Source: an uncultured bacterium
GTDB lineage: Bacteria > UBP6 > UBA1177
Direction of reading: 5' to 3'
NCBI GenBank assembly: GCA_905233945.1
Contig: CAJOFY010000003.1
Location: 155-64,154, forward strand
DNA length: 64,000 bases
Both the position numbers and the translations under genes were made by a program. Positions within the stretch are counted from its first letter, which is position 1. Every line of letters begins with the position of its first letter. This document shows positions 51,773-61,707 of this stretch, piece after piece. Below the pieces are notes generated by a model. It was not told the DNA's origin, made no database searches, and saw nothing but the letters and a program-made list of their open reading frames with translations.

Positions 51773-51857
51773 AAAAACCTCTTTGGTATATTACAAAAAG
51801 TTAAGTCTATTTTGCAAAACATCAGAAACTTTTCAAGAAAAAAAATAGCTTTTTTAC

Positions 51858-52559
51858 TTATCCTTGAAAACAGTGGTTTTCTTTTACAGCTGTTCCAGGA
51901 AAGTCTGATATAATCCCTTTTGTAAGGTCGTTTCCGAGGGTTCTGCGCATTTCTTCAACGGTATTTACATTCCAGTATACTGCTTCTATAGCGGAAGGAA
52001 GCGACGGAATCAGAGTGTTTACAGTAAAATCAAAGTTCATGTAATCCGGAAGTATTAAATCCGGTTTGAGATCTGCTATTCTTTTTTTCAAGTCTTTTTT
52101 TGTTGTGCCGTCAAATAGAAGTCCTTTTTTTAAGCATTTGAATTTATTGTTTATTTTTACCAAAACACTGTCGTGGAAAGATGTTGTTATAAATTCTTCA
52201 GGCTTGAAACAAAGCAGAGTTTTTTCAACAGTCTCTTCAGTTGTTTCCGGTTCCTTTATTTCAATGTCAAGTTTTATTTTTCCTTTACAAAGCTCCAGAA
52301 CATCTTCAAGAAGCGGAATTCTGTAACCTCTGCTTTCTGACAGTTTAAGAATATCACTGTAATTCATTTCAAATAAAATTTTTCCGTCAAGATCGGGATT
52401 ATGATGGATTATAAGCTTTCTGTCCTTTGAATATCTTACGTCAAATTCAATAAAATCCGCTCCTTCAGATATTGCGGCAGAAAAACTTTCAAGAGTGTTT
52501 TCTATAGCTTTTTTAGGGCTTCCTCTGTGTCCTCCGACAAGTTTTTTAGGCATTTTCAT
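51858..52559 (-). CDS. Glycerophosphodiester phosphodiesterase
   Basis: GHRG, ENT, IEFDV, DIEIK, SF, SDFP. Confidence 0.9.
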   Translation of the reverse strand: MKMPKKLVGGHRGSPKKAIENTLESFSAAISEGADFIEFDVRYSKDRKLIIHHNPDLDGKILFEMNYSDILKLSESRGYRIPLLEDVLELCKGKIKLDIEIKEPETTEETVEKTLLCFKPEEFITTSFHDSVLVKINNKFKCLKKGLLFDGTTKKDLKKRIADLKPDLILPDYMNFDFTVNTLIPSLPSAIEAVYWNVNTVEEMRRTLGNDLTKGIISDFPGTAVKENHCFQG

Positions 52560-52684
52560 CTCCTTTTTTAATGTTCAAAAAGCGGTTTATTTTACATTTT
52601 TCATAAAAATAGGCACTATTTTGAAAGTTATATTGAATAAATAGTAAAAAAGTGTAATATTTAAAGGCTTTTTAGGAGGAAGAT

Positions 52685-54574
52685 ATGCTTTATATAGGAA
52701 AAAAACTCGAACTTACTAATTACTTCAAGTCTGTTCCGATTGAGCAGAAAGCACAGCTTTACAGAGGTATCCGCTCAATAATGGCGATGCTTGTAAAGGT
52801 ATCGAAAATGACAGAAATTTATTCTGTAAGGGATAAAATTTTTGCCGAATTTACCGAAACGATGAAGCAGAATCTTGATGTTATCCACAATCTCCTGCCT
52901 TTTGCAACGGTAACTACGAAAAAAGTCGGTTTTTATTATCAGGAAAAAAGGATAAAATTATTTGACGAAGGCGAAAGAAAATTTAGAAATATATTTTTAA
53001 CTAATGAAATCAGAGAGTTATATTTTGTAAAAGGAATAACGCCGGAAGAAATCGTCAACTTTTTCGCAGTAATGCAGGAGACATTGAACTATACTCTGCT
53101 TGACTATGATTTTAACACGAGACTGTGGGATTACGGCATAACTCATATAGGTACTATTTCCGATCCGGATATGGGTGATCCGGAACCATGGCAGGAAAGC
53201 TGTTTTAAAAGTGATGTAATACCTGTTACGCCGTCCCAGCTTTTTTCAATGAAGCCGCAGAATGTCAACGAGCTTTCGGCGATATCCAATGAATTCAACA
53301 TGCTGCCTGTTGCTGACATAGAAAAGTTCAACAAGTGGAAAGATGTCAGCGGAAAGGATGCTCTTGTTAAGGTATACCTTGAAAAGGCTGTAAAACTCGT
53401 TCTTGACTATCCGGATATGGAATCAAACAGAAATATAGTCGGAAAAATATGCGAATATGCGATCAAAAATATTCAGAACGCTGATTTCATTTCAGGTTTT
53501 GTTTACATTAACAATCTGATTTTCCTGGAAAAAAACATAAAAGACAAAGAGAATGTTATATATCATAAAGTTCATGAAGTTCTTGAAAGAATAAAATCAG
53601 AAGAGTTTATCGATACAGTTTTTGAGGCTGCCTCAGGGGTAGATTCATCTCAGCTTAAAAGTTTGAGCAAGCTTCTCTATTTTGTAAGCGGAGAGCACTT
53701 TGAGATGACATTTACAAAACTTTGCGAGCTTGAAAACAAGGATGCACGCCTTGCCTGTCTCGAAGGGCTTGCGGAAAATCTGAAAGAAACGGACGTAGTC
53801 AACAGGCTCATCAACAATCCTGACTGGCATATCGTGCGGAATTTTCTTTATATCCTGAAATTTACCGACAATCCTGAGTTTCTGCCGCAGGTCCGCGAGG
53901 TTATGAACCATCCGGTAAAGCAGATACGGATAGAGGCTGCGCAGGTTTTAAGTGTATACAACGCCGATGAAAACCTTGAATACTGGGAACGCGCGGTTTT
54001 CTGCCCGGACGAGGAGGTGAGAATTCTTGCCGTTGAAAACCTTGTCAAAGTCAAGGATCTGAAGGTAAAGAGTATTTTCAACGAGATTTTCAAGCCGGCG
54101 AACCGTTCTAAATTCAATCTTACAGACTATGAGCGCTACATGGACCGTATTCTTGCTTCCGGAAGAAACGAATTTTTTGATCTTCCGGGTTCCATGATAT
54201 TCTCGGAAAACAGGGAACTTAGAATTATAGCTTTGAAATCGTTGAATAAAATCAGCAATCCTTCAATGGTTTTGATGCAGGTCAAAAGAAGACTTAGCAG
54301 TCAGGAATTTTTGTCACTGGATAAAGAGGAAATAGAACTTCTGCTCGGTCTTATGAAAGGCGAGATGATTACGCCGATGCTTGAACATCTTGAGTATTTA
54401 TTTACTCTTCACGGTAATATATTCAATAAAAACAAATATTTACCATTAAAAAAACAGGTTTTTGAATTTATTATGCAAAGATCCGCGAAAAATATAGCTA
54501 TGCGCAACTGGATAGAAAAGGGCAGGAAGACAGGAGACAGCGAGACACGTTCCATTCTTGAGGGAAGGAGTTAA
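52685..54574 (+). CDS. HEAT-repeat protein
   Basis: DWHIVRN, IRIEAAQVL, DEEVRILAV, ELRIIAL helical repeats; strong AGGAGG RBS. Confidence 0.75.
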   Translation: MLYIGKKLELTNYFKSVPIEQKAQLYRGIRSIMAMLVKVSKMTEIYSVRDKIFAEFTETMKQNLDVIHNLLPFATVTTKKVGFYYQEKRIKLFDEGERKFRNIFLTNEIRELYFVKGITPEEIVNFFAVMQETLNYTLLDYDFNTRLWDYGITHIGTISDPDMGDPEPWQESCFKSDVIPVTPSQLFSMKPQNVNELSAISNEFNMLPVADIEKFNKWKDVSGKDALVKVYLEKAVKLVLDYPDMESNRNIVGKICEYAIKNIQNADFISGFVYINNLIFLEKNIKDKENVIYHKVHEVLERIKSEEFIDTVFEAASGVDSSQLKSLSKLLYFVSGEHFEMTFTKLCELENKDARLACLEGLAENLKETDVVNRLINNPDWHIVRNFLYILKFTDNPEFLPQVREVMNHPVKQIRIEAAQVLSVYNADENLEYWERAVFCPDEEVRILAVENLVKVKDLKVKSIFNEIFKPANRSKFNLTDYERYMDRILASGRNEFFDLPGSMIFSENRELRIIALKSLNKISNPSMVLMQVKRRLSSQEFLSLDKEEIELLLGLMKGEMITPMLEHLEYLFTLHGNIFNKNKYLPLKKQVFEFIMQRSAKNIAMRNWIEKGRKTGDSETRSILEGRS

Positions 54575-54576
54575 TC

Positions 54577-55992
54577 ATGGATGAAAGAAGAAACAGGCCT
54601 GAATACGACAATTCACCTAAAAAATGGCGTTACAACTTCTCTAAATCGCTCTTCACTTTCTGGAAAAACGTCAAGATGTACGGTGATAAAAACGAGAGAA
54701 TCACTGAAGAAATAACGTTTTTCAAACAGGTTTTGAATTTTTTCTTCGCCGAAAAGGACGAACTTTCGATTCTTTTTGACGGAATAGACATAAAAGTCGA
54801 TAAAGTAAGGATCAGAGGTCAGAGACAGGATGACAAATATTTTGAGGATGTCTACGATCTTTTCCTTTCTCTTTGTATGTCAGGAATAACTTTCAGAAAA
54901 GGGGTTAGAGACGAAGAAATTCTTACTCTTCTTGCCGTTATCGGAAAATATCCTGTCGGCAGAGAGCCTAAAGTCGCCGCGTTCGAGCGTGTTAAAAGCG
55001 ATCTTCCCCATCTTGACCATATAGAGATTTATCCTTACGACCCTGAAGAATCAGGCAGCCTGCCGATCTACACTCCTGAACAGTCTATCCGGAAAATTTA
55101 CTGTTCTCTTGCGGAAACATATCCTGATTACTGCAAAATGATTGATGCAGCAGAAAGTATTCCGCTGCGCATGATTGAGCGGAGAACTCAGGATCTGATA
55201 AGCATAGTTTCAAATGCAAAAAAAATGGAAACTATAGAATTTATTATGTTTTTGGCATCAATACCCTCAAGTTTCGGTTCAAGCGAGAACGCGTTTGCCG
55301 TTGCAAGGGTTTTCTGGTCGGTTTTGATTGCAAAAAAACTCAAAATTGACCAGCAGGCAGTGAAAAGAACGGCTGTATCGGCTTATCTTCAATATTTTTC
55401 AAAAGATAAAGAAAGAGGCTATTCCGCGCTTTCAAGAATGGATGACTTCAACTACGACAGAATTGAAGCGTCCGTCAATGTTTCCCACAGAATAACCGAT
55501 TTTTCGGATCAGGCACTCATTCTTGATAAATCGGCGTCGAGCGGCATACTTTCGGGTGAAATTCTTAAAATAGCTTCATATTTTTCTGCTGTCACACGGA
55601 AATGGCCTGAAAAATCATTTTACAAAGGACCTCTTATGACAAAACCTCAGGCTGTCCGTTCGATAATTGCAAACAGCAGAAAAGGTGTGTTCAACACAGA
55701 AATAGCGAACGCTTTTGTCTCAATGAGCGGTGTCTATCCGGTAGGAAGCATACTCAGACTTTCCGACGGAAACGTCTGCGTGGTTGTGAAAAGATTCAAA
55801 AGTTTCTTTGATCAGTCAGATGTCCTGATTTTGGACGAAAATCTTTCCGTAAAAGAAAGAAGAACTGTAAATACTGAAAATCTCCTGGATATTCCTGAAG
55901 CTGCCGGGATAGTTCTCCCTGAAAAAACCACGGTTCAGATTCTCAATACCTTCCTTGATGAAAAAGAAAATAACAATGAAAAACTCAAATAA
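54577..55992 (+). CDS. Degenerate HD-GYP-like protein
   Basis: C-terminal GVYPVGSILRLSDG and ILKIASYFSAVT match the HD-GYP layout, but the HD, HHE and GYP motifs are absent. Confidence 0.6.
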   Translation: MDERRNRPEYDNSPKKWRYNFSKSLFTFWKNVKMYGDKNERITEEITFFKQVLNFFFAEKDELSILFDGIDIKVDKVRIRGQRQDDKYFEDVYDLFLSLCMSGITFRKGVRDEEILTLLAVIGKYPVGREPKVAAFERVKSDLPHLDHIEIYPYDPEESGSLPIYTPEQSIRKIYCSLAETYPDYCKMIDAAESIPLRMIERRTQDLISIVSNAKKMETIEFIMFLASIPSSFGSSENAFAVARVFWSVLIAKKLKIDQQAVKRTAVSAYLQYFSKDKERGYSALSRMDDFNYDRIEASVNVSHRITDFSDQALILDKSASSGILSGEILKIASYFSAVTRKWPEKSFYKGPLMTKPQAVRSIIANSRKGVFNTEIANAFVSMSGVYPVGSILRLSDGNVCVVVKRFKSFFDQSDVLILDENLSVKERRTVNTENLLDIPEAAGIVLPEKTTVQILNTFLDEKENNNEKLK

Positions 55993-57178
55993 GACCGTTA
56001 CCCTTGAAAAAGGGCGCGAAAGACTGGCGAAAAACCACAATCCGTGGGTCTATTCAAAGGCTGTAAAGCATATTTCTGACGGAATTTCGGACGGAGACAC
56101 GGTCGCAGTTCTCGATTATGCCGGAGATTTTGTGGCGTGGGCGCACTACAACGGAAAATCGGGCATCGCGCTGCGTCTTCTGGAGTGGGATCAGGCTAAA
56201 TTTCCCGATGAAAACTGGTTGAAAGAAAAAGTTGAAGCGGCAGTTTCTCTCAGAAAAAGGATACTTCCTGAAAATACCGGCATTTTCCGCCTCATTTTTT
56301 CGGAATCGGATATGCTTCCCGGGATTGTCTGCGACGTTTTCGAAAAAGTCGGAGTTTTACAGATTTCGACTCCCGCTTTTGACAGAATAAAGGAGCCGCT
56401 TGCTGAAATTATAGCAAAAACTGCAAATCTTGAAGCAGTTTACGAAAAAAGCGACGGCGACGGCAGAAAAATCGAGGGACTGCCTGAGAAATCAGGTTTT
56501 CTTTATGGAAAACAGGAATTTACAAAAATTGTTTCACGTGAAAACAACCTCTTTTTCGAGGTTGATTTATTGGGTCAGAAAACAGGTTTTTATGCCGACC
56601 AGCGTGATAACCGCAGATTTTTCGGCGAAGTTGCGCGCGGTGAAATCCTCGACATCTGCGCTTTTTCGGGAGCGTTTTCTGTCTATGCTTTGAAAAACGG
56701 AGCAAAACACGCGACCTTGCTGGATATTTCCAAAGAATCGGAAGCGCTTGTACGCCGGAATATGGAACTTAATTCGATTGATCCTTCGCGCTACACTTTC
56801 ATAAAAGGCGATGTTTTCGAGCTTCTGCGAAAGTTTGCGGCCGAAGGAAAAACTTTTGATTCGGTTGTGCTTGACCCTCCGAAACTCGTTCCTTCCAACA
56901 AATATCTTGAAAAAGGGTTAAGAGCTTATAAAGACCTGAATTTCAACGCACTTAAACTCGTGAAAAAAGGCGGAGTCTTTGCAACGTTTTCGTGTTCAGG
57001 AGCGGTTACTCTTGCCGATTTCAGAAACGTCGTTGCTTTTGCGGCGCACGATGCCGGCAGAGAGCTCAGAATTCTGCGCCAGCTTCACCAGGCACCTGAT
57101 CATCCGATACGCGTGAATGCGCCGGAAACGGAATATCTGAAAGGATTGCTTGCCGAAATTCCCGAATTTGTTATCTGA
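55976..57178 (+). CDS. RlmI/RlmK-type SAM-dependent rRNA methyltransferase
   Basis: PUA domain (HNPWVY), ESDMLPG, GQKTGFYADQR, LDPP, TFSCS, EYLKG. Confidence 0.9.
   Translation: MKNSNKTVTLEKGRERLAKNHNPWVYSKAVKHISDGISDGDTVAVLDYAGDFVAWAHYNGKSGIALRLLEWDQAKFPDENWLKEKVEAAVSLRKRILPENTGIFRLIFSESDMLPGIVCDVFEKVGVLQISTPAFDRIKEPLAEIIAKTANLEAVYEKSDGDGRKIEGLPEKSGFLYGKQEFTKIVSRENNLFFEVDLLGQKTGFYADQRDNRRFFGEVARGEILDICAFSGAFSVYALKNGAKHATLLDISKESEALVRRNMELNSIDPSRYTFIKGDVFELLRKFAAEGKTFDSVVLDPPKLVPSNKYLEKGLRAYKDLNFNALKLVKKGGVFATFSCSGAVTLADFRNVVAFAAHDAGRELRILRQLHQAPDHPIRVNAPETEYLKGLLAEIPEFVI
56530..56545. promoter_or_regulatory. parS-like site (14/16) inside the RlmI-type gene
   Basis: TGTTTCACGTGAAAAC, encoding VSREN. 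Confidence 0.6.
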
Positions 57179-59690
57179 CACAGCGGGCAACCGGTATCAG
57201 TGACATTGATTTTGACGATTTGCTCACTGTTCCTTTAGGGAAATATACACCATACGCTGTTTCAAAACTGTTTGTGCCTGTTGTTGAAGACCAGAAGTAT
57301 TTATTTGGTGTTTCCGGGAATTCCGTTAAATGATCATACATGTCATAATTTAAAAGAGAAGCCAGTTCATTCTTGTTCGGAAGCCGCCAGTCATCATATC
57401 CGCCGTATGTCAGAGTTTCGCAGTAGGAAAGAGACTCCTTCCATGTTATTTCAGTTTCATAGCTTTTCTGCCACATAAGTCCGGTAGTTGAGTCAATGAC
57501 AACTTCAACGGCGTTTTCATCTTCGCCTACAGTTTCTGTTGATAAAGATGCTGCAGGCATTTCATCGCCCCAGACACAGATTGTTTTGTACATCCCTCTG
57601 GTTTTCGGAAAATAATCTATTTTTCCGTAGAAAAAATCTCCTCCGAAGGCATTTTCTGAGTAGGATTTTAAATCTTTTGATGTCCAAAACGGCAGTTCGT
57701 GCCAGTTGAGATCCGGAAAATATGTGCCGTCTACTGCAGGATGTCTGCCGCTGTCAACAATAGTTAAAAGTTCCTGCGGTGTCGGCAGACGCCAGCCTGT
57801 ATATCCGTTGTATGCAAGGTTGCGGCAGTATTCGTTTGCTTTTTCCCAGGTTATGTTTTGAGCAAACGTAAGATTCCTTTGCCATTCAAGCCCGGTATTG
57901 TTGTCATAAACGATTTTTTCAGAAATAGAGAAACTTTGCGGAGTGCAGGTTCCGAGTTCGGCATATTGGGCATCCTGACCGAAAAAGTCTGCTTCGGGAG
58001 ATCCGGGGCAAACTGTTTCGTTTTCGCCGTCATAGCACTTTTTCTGACCGGTACAGATGTTTCCTAAATGGAGAGGTTTTTTATCTATACATACCGAATT
58101 ATTCCACCAATAGAACCCCGGATTACATTCACAGACAAACTTGTTTGCAGCTTTTGATATACAGAGCCCTGTTGCGTTATGTGTCGCGCAGATTTTGGAT
58201 TCGCATGAAGAAAGGCCTTCCGGACAGCCGCACGGATTCTCAAGACAGGAAGTTCCGTCCCAAAAATAATTTTCATCACAGTCGAACCGGCACTCGGTAT
58301 CGCTGGGAACCGGATTGTAGCGTCCGATTTCGCTCGGAATCCATTCGTATTCGTCCCAAGTCTGTTCCACTTTGTCGATAGAGTTCCAGTGTGCTTTAGC
58401 CGGCGGTAATCCGGAACAATCCACGGTTCTTTTGTTGTATATGCACTTGTTGAAGTCATTCCAGTGATAGTCGGCTTTACACTTGAATACGCACTCCGTT
58501 TCACTTGAAGTTTCACTGAAGCTCCCATTCTGACTCGGAAACCATTCGTTGCCGTTCCAGGTCTGTGTTATGTGATCGACTGTATTCCATTCGGCGTTTT
58601 CCGGAAGCCCTTTGCAGGGGACGTCATATTTCGTCTTGAGATCACAACTTTTTGTCGAAGTGTTAAAGAAGTAGTCGTCTTCGCACTCGCAAAGATAAGC
58701 ATGAGCATTGGTCGCTTCGCACACACCGGTTGAATAGGGAATGTCGCATTTGCACGGATCTACGCACTTCTTGATGTTTGAGTCATAGAAAAAACCCGGG
58801 TCGCACTTGAACCGGCACTCGGTGTCGCTCGGATCTTCGTTATATTTCGCTGTCGAAGCAGGATCCCAGGAATATTCATTCCAGATTTGAACAATTGTCG
58901 AAACAGTGTTCCAGACTGCATGGTCAGGAAGCCCGGTACATTCTGTTGTTCTGCTGTCGGCATTACATACTGAGCCGTCCCAAGTGTAATTTTCTTTGCA
59001 TTTATAACGACATTCTTTAGAACTCGGTTCCTCATTGTAAGTTCCGATTTCACTTGGAACCCATTCAGAACCGTTCCACTCCTGATTGATGGAAGATTTG
59101 GTATTCCATTTGGCATGGTCAGGAAGTCCGATACATTTCACGCCGTACAAACTGTCCGGTTCGCAGATTCTGTCCCACCAGTTCCAGCTATAGTTTTCTT
59201 CGCAGTCGCAGACATATTCTTGTTTGTCCACTACAGTACAGTATCCAGAGGAGTTTTCTGTCTCCAGACAAGGATTTGAAATGCACGGCGATTCATCATC
59301 ACTGTCCTCGTCATTTTCCGGCTCAGTATTTGTGCCGCCGCCGCCTCCACCACCGCCGCCGCCGCTGTATCCGGGTTGGTCTTCATCGCTGTTGTCTTCA
59401 TCGCTGTTGTCTTCATCATTATCATTATCTTCTTTATTACCTTCTTCATCTTTGCCGTCATCATATTCTTCCGCTTTTTCATCTTCTTTCTCTGTGCAGA
59501 TATTGGTTTTAGCGTCGCAGACCAACCCGTCTTCACATGTTTTTAAAAAACAGCAAGGAGCATTAAGTTTTCCGCATTCTTTATCGCTTTCCTGATATTT
59601 GTCATAGACAGATTTGTCCCTGCCGCAGCTGCAACTTTCGATTAAAAACAACAAAACAAAACTAAGAAAGCTCAAGAAAAATCTGTTCAT
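57171..59690 (-). CDS. Large surface lipoprotein: acidic/poly-Gly linker, EGF-like modules, four Cys/Trp repeats, two DUF1566 domains
   Basis: Signal peptide with Cys; four C.GLP..A.WN...Q.W...W.P...EC repeats; DNNTGLEWQ...WRLPT and DSTTGLMWQ...WRLPN; terminal CVR. Confidence 0.85.
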   Translation of the reverse strand: MNRFFLSFLSFVLLFLIESCSCGRDKSVYDKYQESDKECGKLNAPCCFLKTCEDGLVCDAKTNICTEKEDEKAEEYDDGKDEEGNKEDNDNDEDNSDEDNSDEDQPGYSGGGGGGGGGGTNTEPENDEDSDDESPCISNPCLETENSSGYCTVVDKQEYVCDCEENYSWNWWDRICEPDSLYGVKCIGLPDHAKWNTKSSINQEWNGSEWVPSEIGTYNEEPSSKECRYKCKENYTWDGSVCNADSRTTECTGLPDHAVWNTVSTIVQIWNEYSWDPASTAKYNEDPSDTECRFKCDPGFFYDSNIKKCVDPCKCDIPYSTGVCEATNAHAYLCECEDDYFFNTSTKSCDLKTKYDVPCKGLPENAEWNTVDHITQTWNGNEWFPSQNGSFSETSSETECVFKCKADYHWNDFNKCIYNKRTVDCSGLPPAKAHWNSIDKVEQTWDEYEWIPSEIGRYNPVPSDTECRFDCDENYFWDGTSCLENPCGCPEGLSSCESKICATHNATGLCISKAANKFVCECNPGFYWWNNSVCIDKKPLHLGNICTGQKKCYDGENETVCPGSPEADFFGQDAQYAELGTCTPQSFSISEKIVYDNNTGLEWQRNLTFAQNITWEKANEYCRNLAYNGYTGWRLPTPQELLTIVDSGRHPAVDGTYFPDLNWHELPFWTSKDLKSYSENAFGGDFFYGKIDYFPKTRGMYKTICVWGDEMPAASLSTETVGEDENAVEVVIDSTTGLMWQKSYETEITWKESLSYCETLTYGGYDDWRLPNKNELASLLNYDMYDHLTEFPETPNKYFWSSTTGTNSFETAYGVYFPKGTVSKSSKSMSLIPVARCVR

Positions 59691-59787
59691 TGGTCACCTC
59701 TCTTGCCGAATTTATAAACCAGCAACACTTTATAATACAATTTTAAAACAATAATACAATTTCAAGCAAAGAGGGTTTTGTGAAATT

Positions 59788-60246
59788 TTATTTGTTTTCT
59801 TCGCGGACCTCGTTCACCTTGGCAATGAAGTCTTCCGGATCAACAAACTCTTTGTAGACTGATGCGAAGCGGATGAACGCGACTTTATCGACTTCTTTCA
59901 GTACGTTCATGACGATATCGCCGATGACGCTCGTCTCAATTTCCTTCTTTTCGTAGGACTGAAGCTCTTTTTCGATTTTATCGATCATAAGGTCGATGGT
60001 TTCAGCCGAAACGGGGCGTTTCTGACACGAAATCATGAGCCCTTTTTTGATTTTGTTGCGGTCGTAAGGCTCCCTTTCGCCGTTTTTCTTTTTTACGACG
60101 GGCATGATTTCTTCGATTCTTTCATAAGTCGTGAATCTGCCGCCGCACTCCTCGCATTCGCGTCTTCTTCTGATTTCGCAGTCATCTTTCGTGGAACGGG
60201 AATCAATAACTTTATCTCTGATGGAACCGCAGAATGGACATCTCAT
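59788..60246 (-). CDS. nrdR: Transcriptional repressor NrdR
   Basis: MRCPFC...VIDSR...RRRREC..CG.RFTTYE, ATP-cone, RFASVY. Confidence 0.97.
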   Translation of the reverse strand: MRCPFCGSIRDKVIDSRSTKDDCEIRRRRECEECGGRFTTYERIEEIMPVVKKKNGEREPYDRNKIKKGLMISCQKRPVSAETIDLMIDKIEKELQSYEKKEIETSVIGDIVMNVLKEVDKVAFIRFASVYKEFVDPEDFIAKVNEVREENK

Positions 60247-60278
60247 TTGACTACTCTGAAAAAGTTTATGAAAAAGGA

Positions 60279-61571
60279 CTATCTGTTGATAAGCGGGTAT
60301 TTTTTGCAGATTTCGACAACTTCATTGTGTACTTCTTCAATGATCTTGCTGTCGATGATGCTGTCGTCGATACCGATCTTCGGGTTGAACTCGTTGCTCT
60401 TGATGTTCATGATGACTTTGTCCATAAGTCTTGCGACGTGGCGGACATCGTCTTCATTGAGACCTCTTGTGGTGAGGAAAGGAGTTCCTACGCGGATACC
60501 GCTCGTGATGAAAGGCGACTGGTCGTCGAACGGAACCATGTTCTTGTTGACGGTGATGTGTGCCTTGTCAAGAGCTTTCTCGACGATTTTGCCGGTTTTG
60601 CCTTTGTTTCTGAGGTCGATGAGCATAAGGTGGTTGTCGGTGCCGCCCGAAACAAGGTTGTAGCCCATTTTGTTGAATTCGTCAGCCATTGCAGCTGCGT
60701 TTTTGACGACCTGGGTCATGTAAACTTTGAAACTCGGGTCAAGTGCTTCCTTGAAGCATACAGCCTTTGCAGCGATGACGTGCATAAGCGGACCGCCCTG
60801 CATTCCGGGGAATACAGCGGAGTTGAGGTCTTTTTCGTATTCTTTCTTTGCGAGAACAAGACCGCTTCTCGGGCCTCTGAGTGTTTTGTGAGTCGTTGAA
60901 GTTACGAAATCGCAGTAAGGAACTGGACTCGGATGAAGTCCTGCAGCTACAAGACCGGCGATGTGAGCCATGTCAACCCACATGATAGCGCCGACTTTGT
61001 CGCAGATTTCGCGGATTCTTTTGAAGTCGATGATTCTCGGGTAAGCCGAAGCGCCTGCAAGAATCATTCTCGGTTTATGTTCAACTGCAAGTCTTTCCAT
61101 TTCGTCGTAGTCGATCCTGCCGGTCTCTTTTGCAACGCCGTAGGGAACGATGTTGTAAAGTTTTCCGGAGAAGTTTACAGGGCTGCCGTGAGTGAGGTGG
61201 CCGCCGTGGTTGAGGTTCATCGCGAGAACCGTGTCGCCCGGTTTGCAGACGGTGAAGTAAACGCTCATATTTGCCTGGGAGCCGCTGTGGGGCTGAACGT
61301 TAGCACACTCAGCGCCGAAAAGTTCGCAAGCTCTCTCTTTCGCAAGTTTTTCGACCTGGTCAACAACTTCGCAGCCGCCGTAGTATCTCTTTTTCGGATA
61401 ACCTTCGGCATATTTGTTGGTAAGCAGCGAACCCTGTGCTTCCATAACAGCGTTGCTTGTAAAGTTTTCGCTGGCGATAAGCTCAAGACCGCCTTCCTGT
61501 CTCTCTGCTTCTTTTTCGATGATAGCTGCAACTTCCGGGTCAACGCTCGGGATGTACTTCAAATTCAACAT
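60279..61571 (-). CDS. glyA: Serine hydroxymethyltransferase
   Basis: [35 protein letters not shown]. Confidence 0.98.
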   Translation of the reverse strand: MLNLKYIPSVDPEVAAIIEKEAERQEGGLELIASENFTSNAVMEAQGSLLTNKYAEGYPKKRYYGGCEVVDQVEKLAKERACELFGAECANVQPHSGSQANMSVYFTVCKPGDTVLAMNLNHGGHLTHGSPVNFSGKLYNIVPYGVAKETGRIDYDEMERLAVEHKPRMILAGASAYPRIIDFKRIREICDKVGAIMWVDMAHIAGLVAAGLHPSPVPYCDFVTSTTHKTLRGPRSGLVLAKKEYEKDLNSAVFPGMQGGPLMHVIAAKAVCFKEALDPSFKVYMTQVVKNAAAMADEFNKMGYNLVSGGTDNHLMLIDLRNKGKTGKIVEKALDKAHITVNKNMVPFDDQSPFITSGIRVGTPFLTTRGLNEDDVRHVARLMDKVIMNIKSNEFNPKIGIDDSIIDSKIIEEVHNEVVEICKKYPLINR

Positions 61572-61707
61572 TTTATCCTCCAAAAAAAGTTAAAAAACCA
61601 AAAAACCGCAAGAGTTTAATAATAATAAATTATTTTGCAAATTTGCGGTTGTCACGACCGGTAAAAAAGAATTTACACGGTTATTTGTTGATTTTGTAGT
61701 GAAAGAT

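Noticed and set aside
61584-61707. Possible riboswitch upstream of glyA (AACCGCAA/TTGCGGTT inverted repeat)
   Set aside because: ZMP, glycine and THF aptamer consensus elements are not recognisable; the segment is better explained as a promoter with TTGCAA and TAAACT hexamers.
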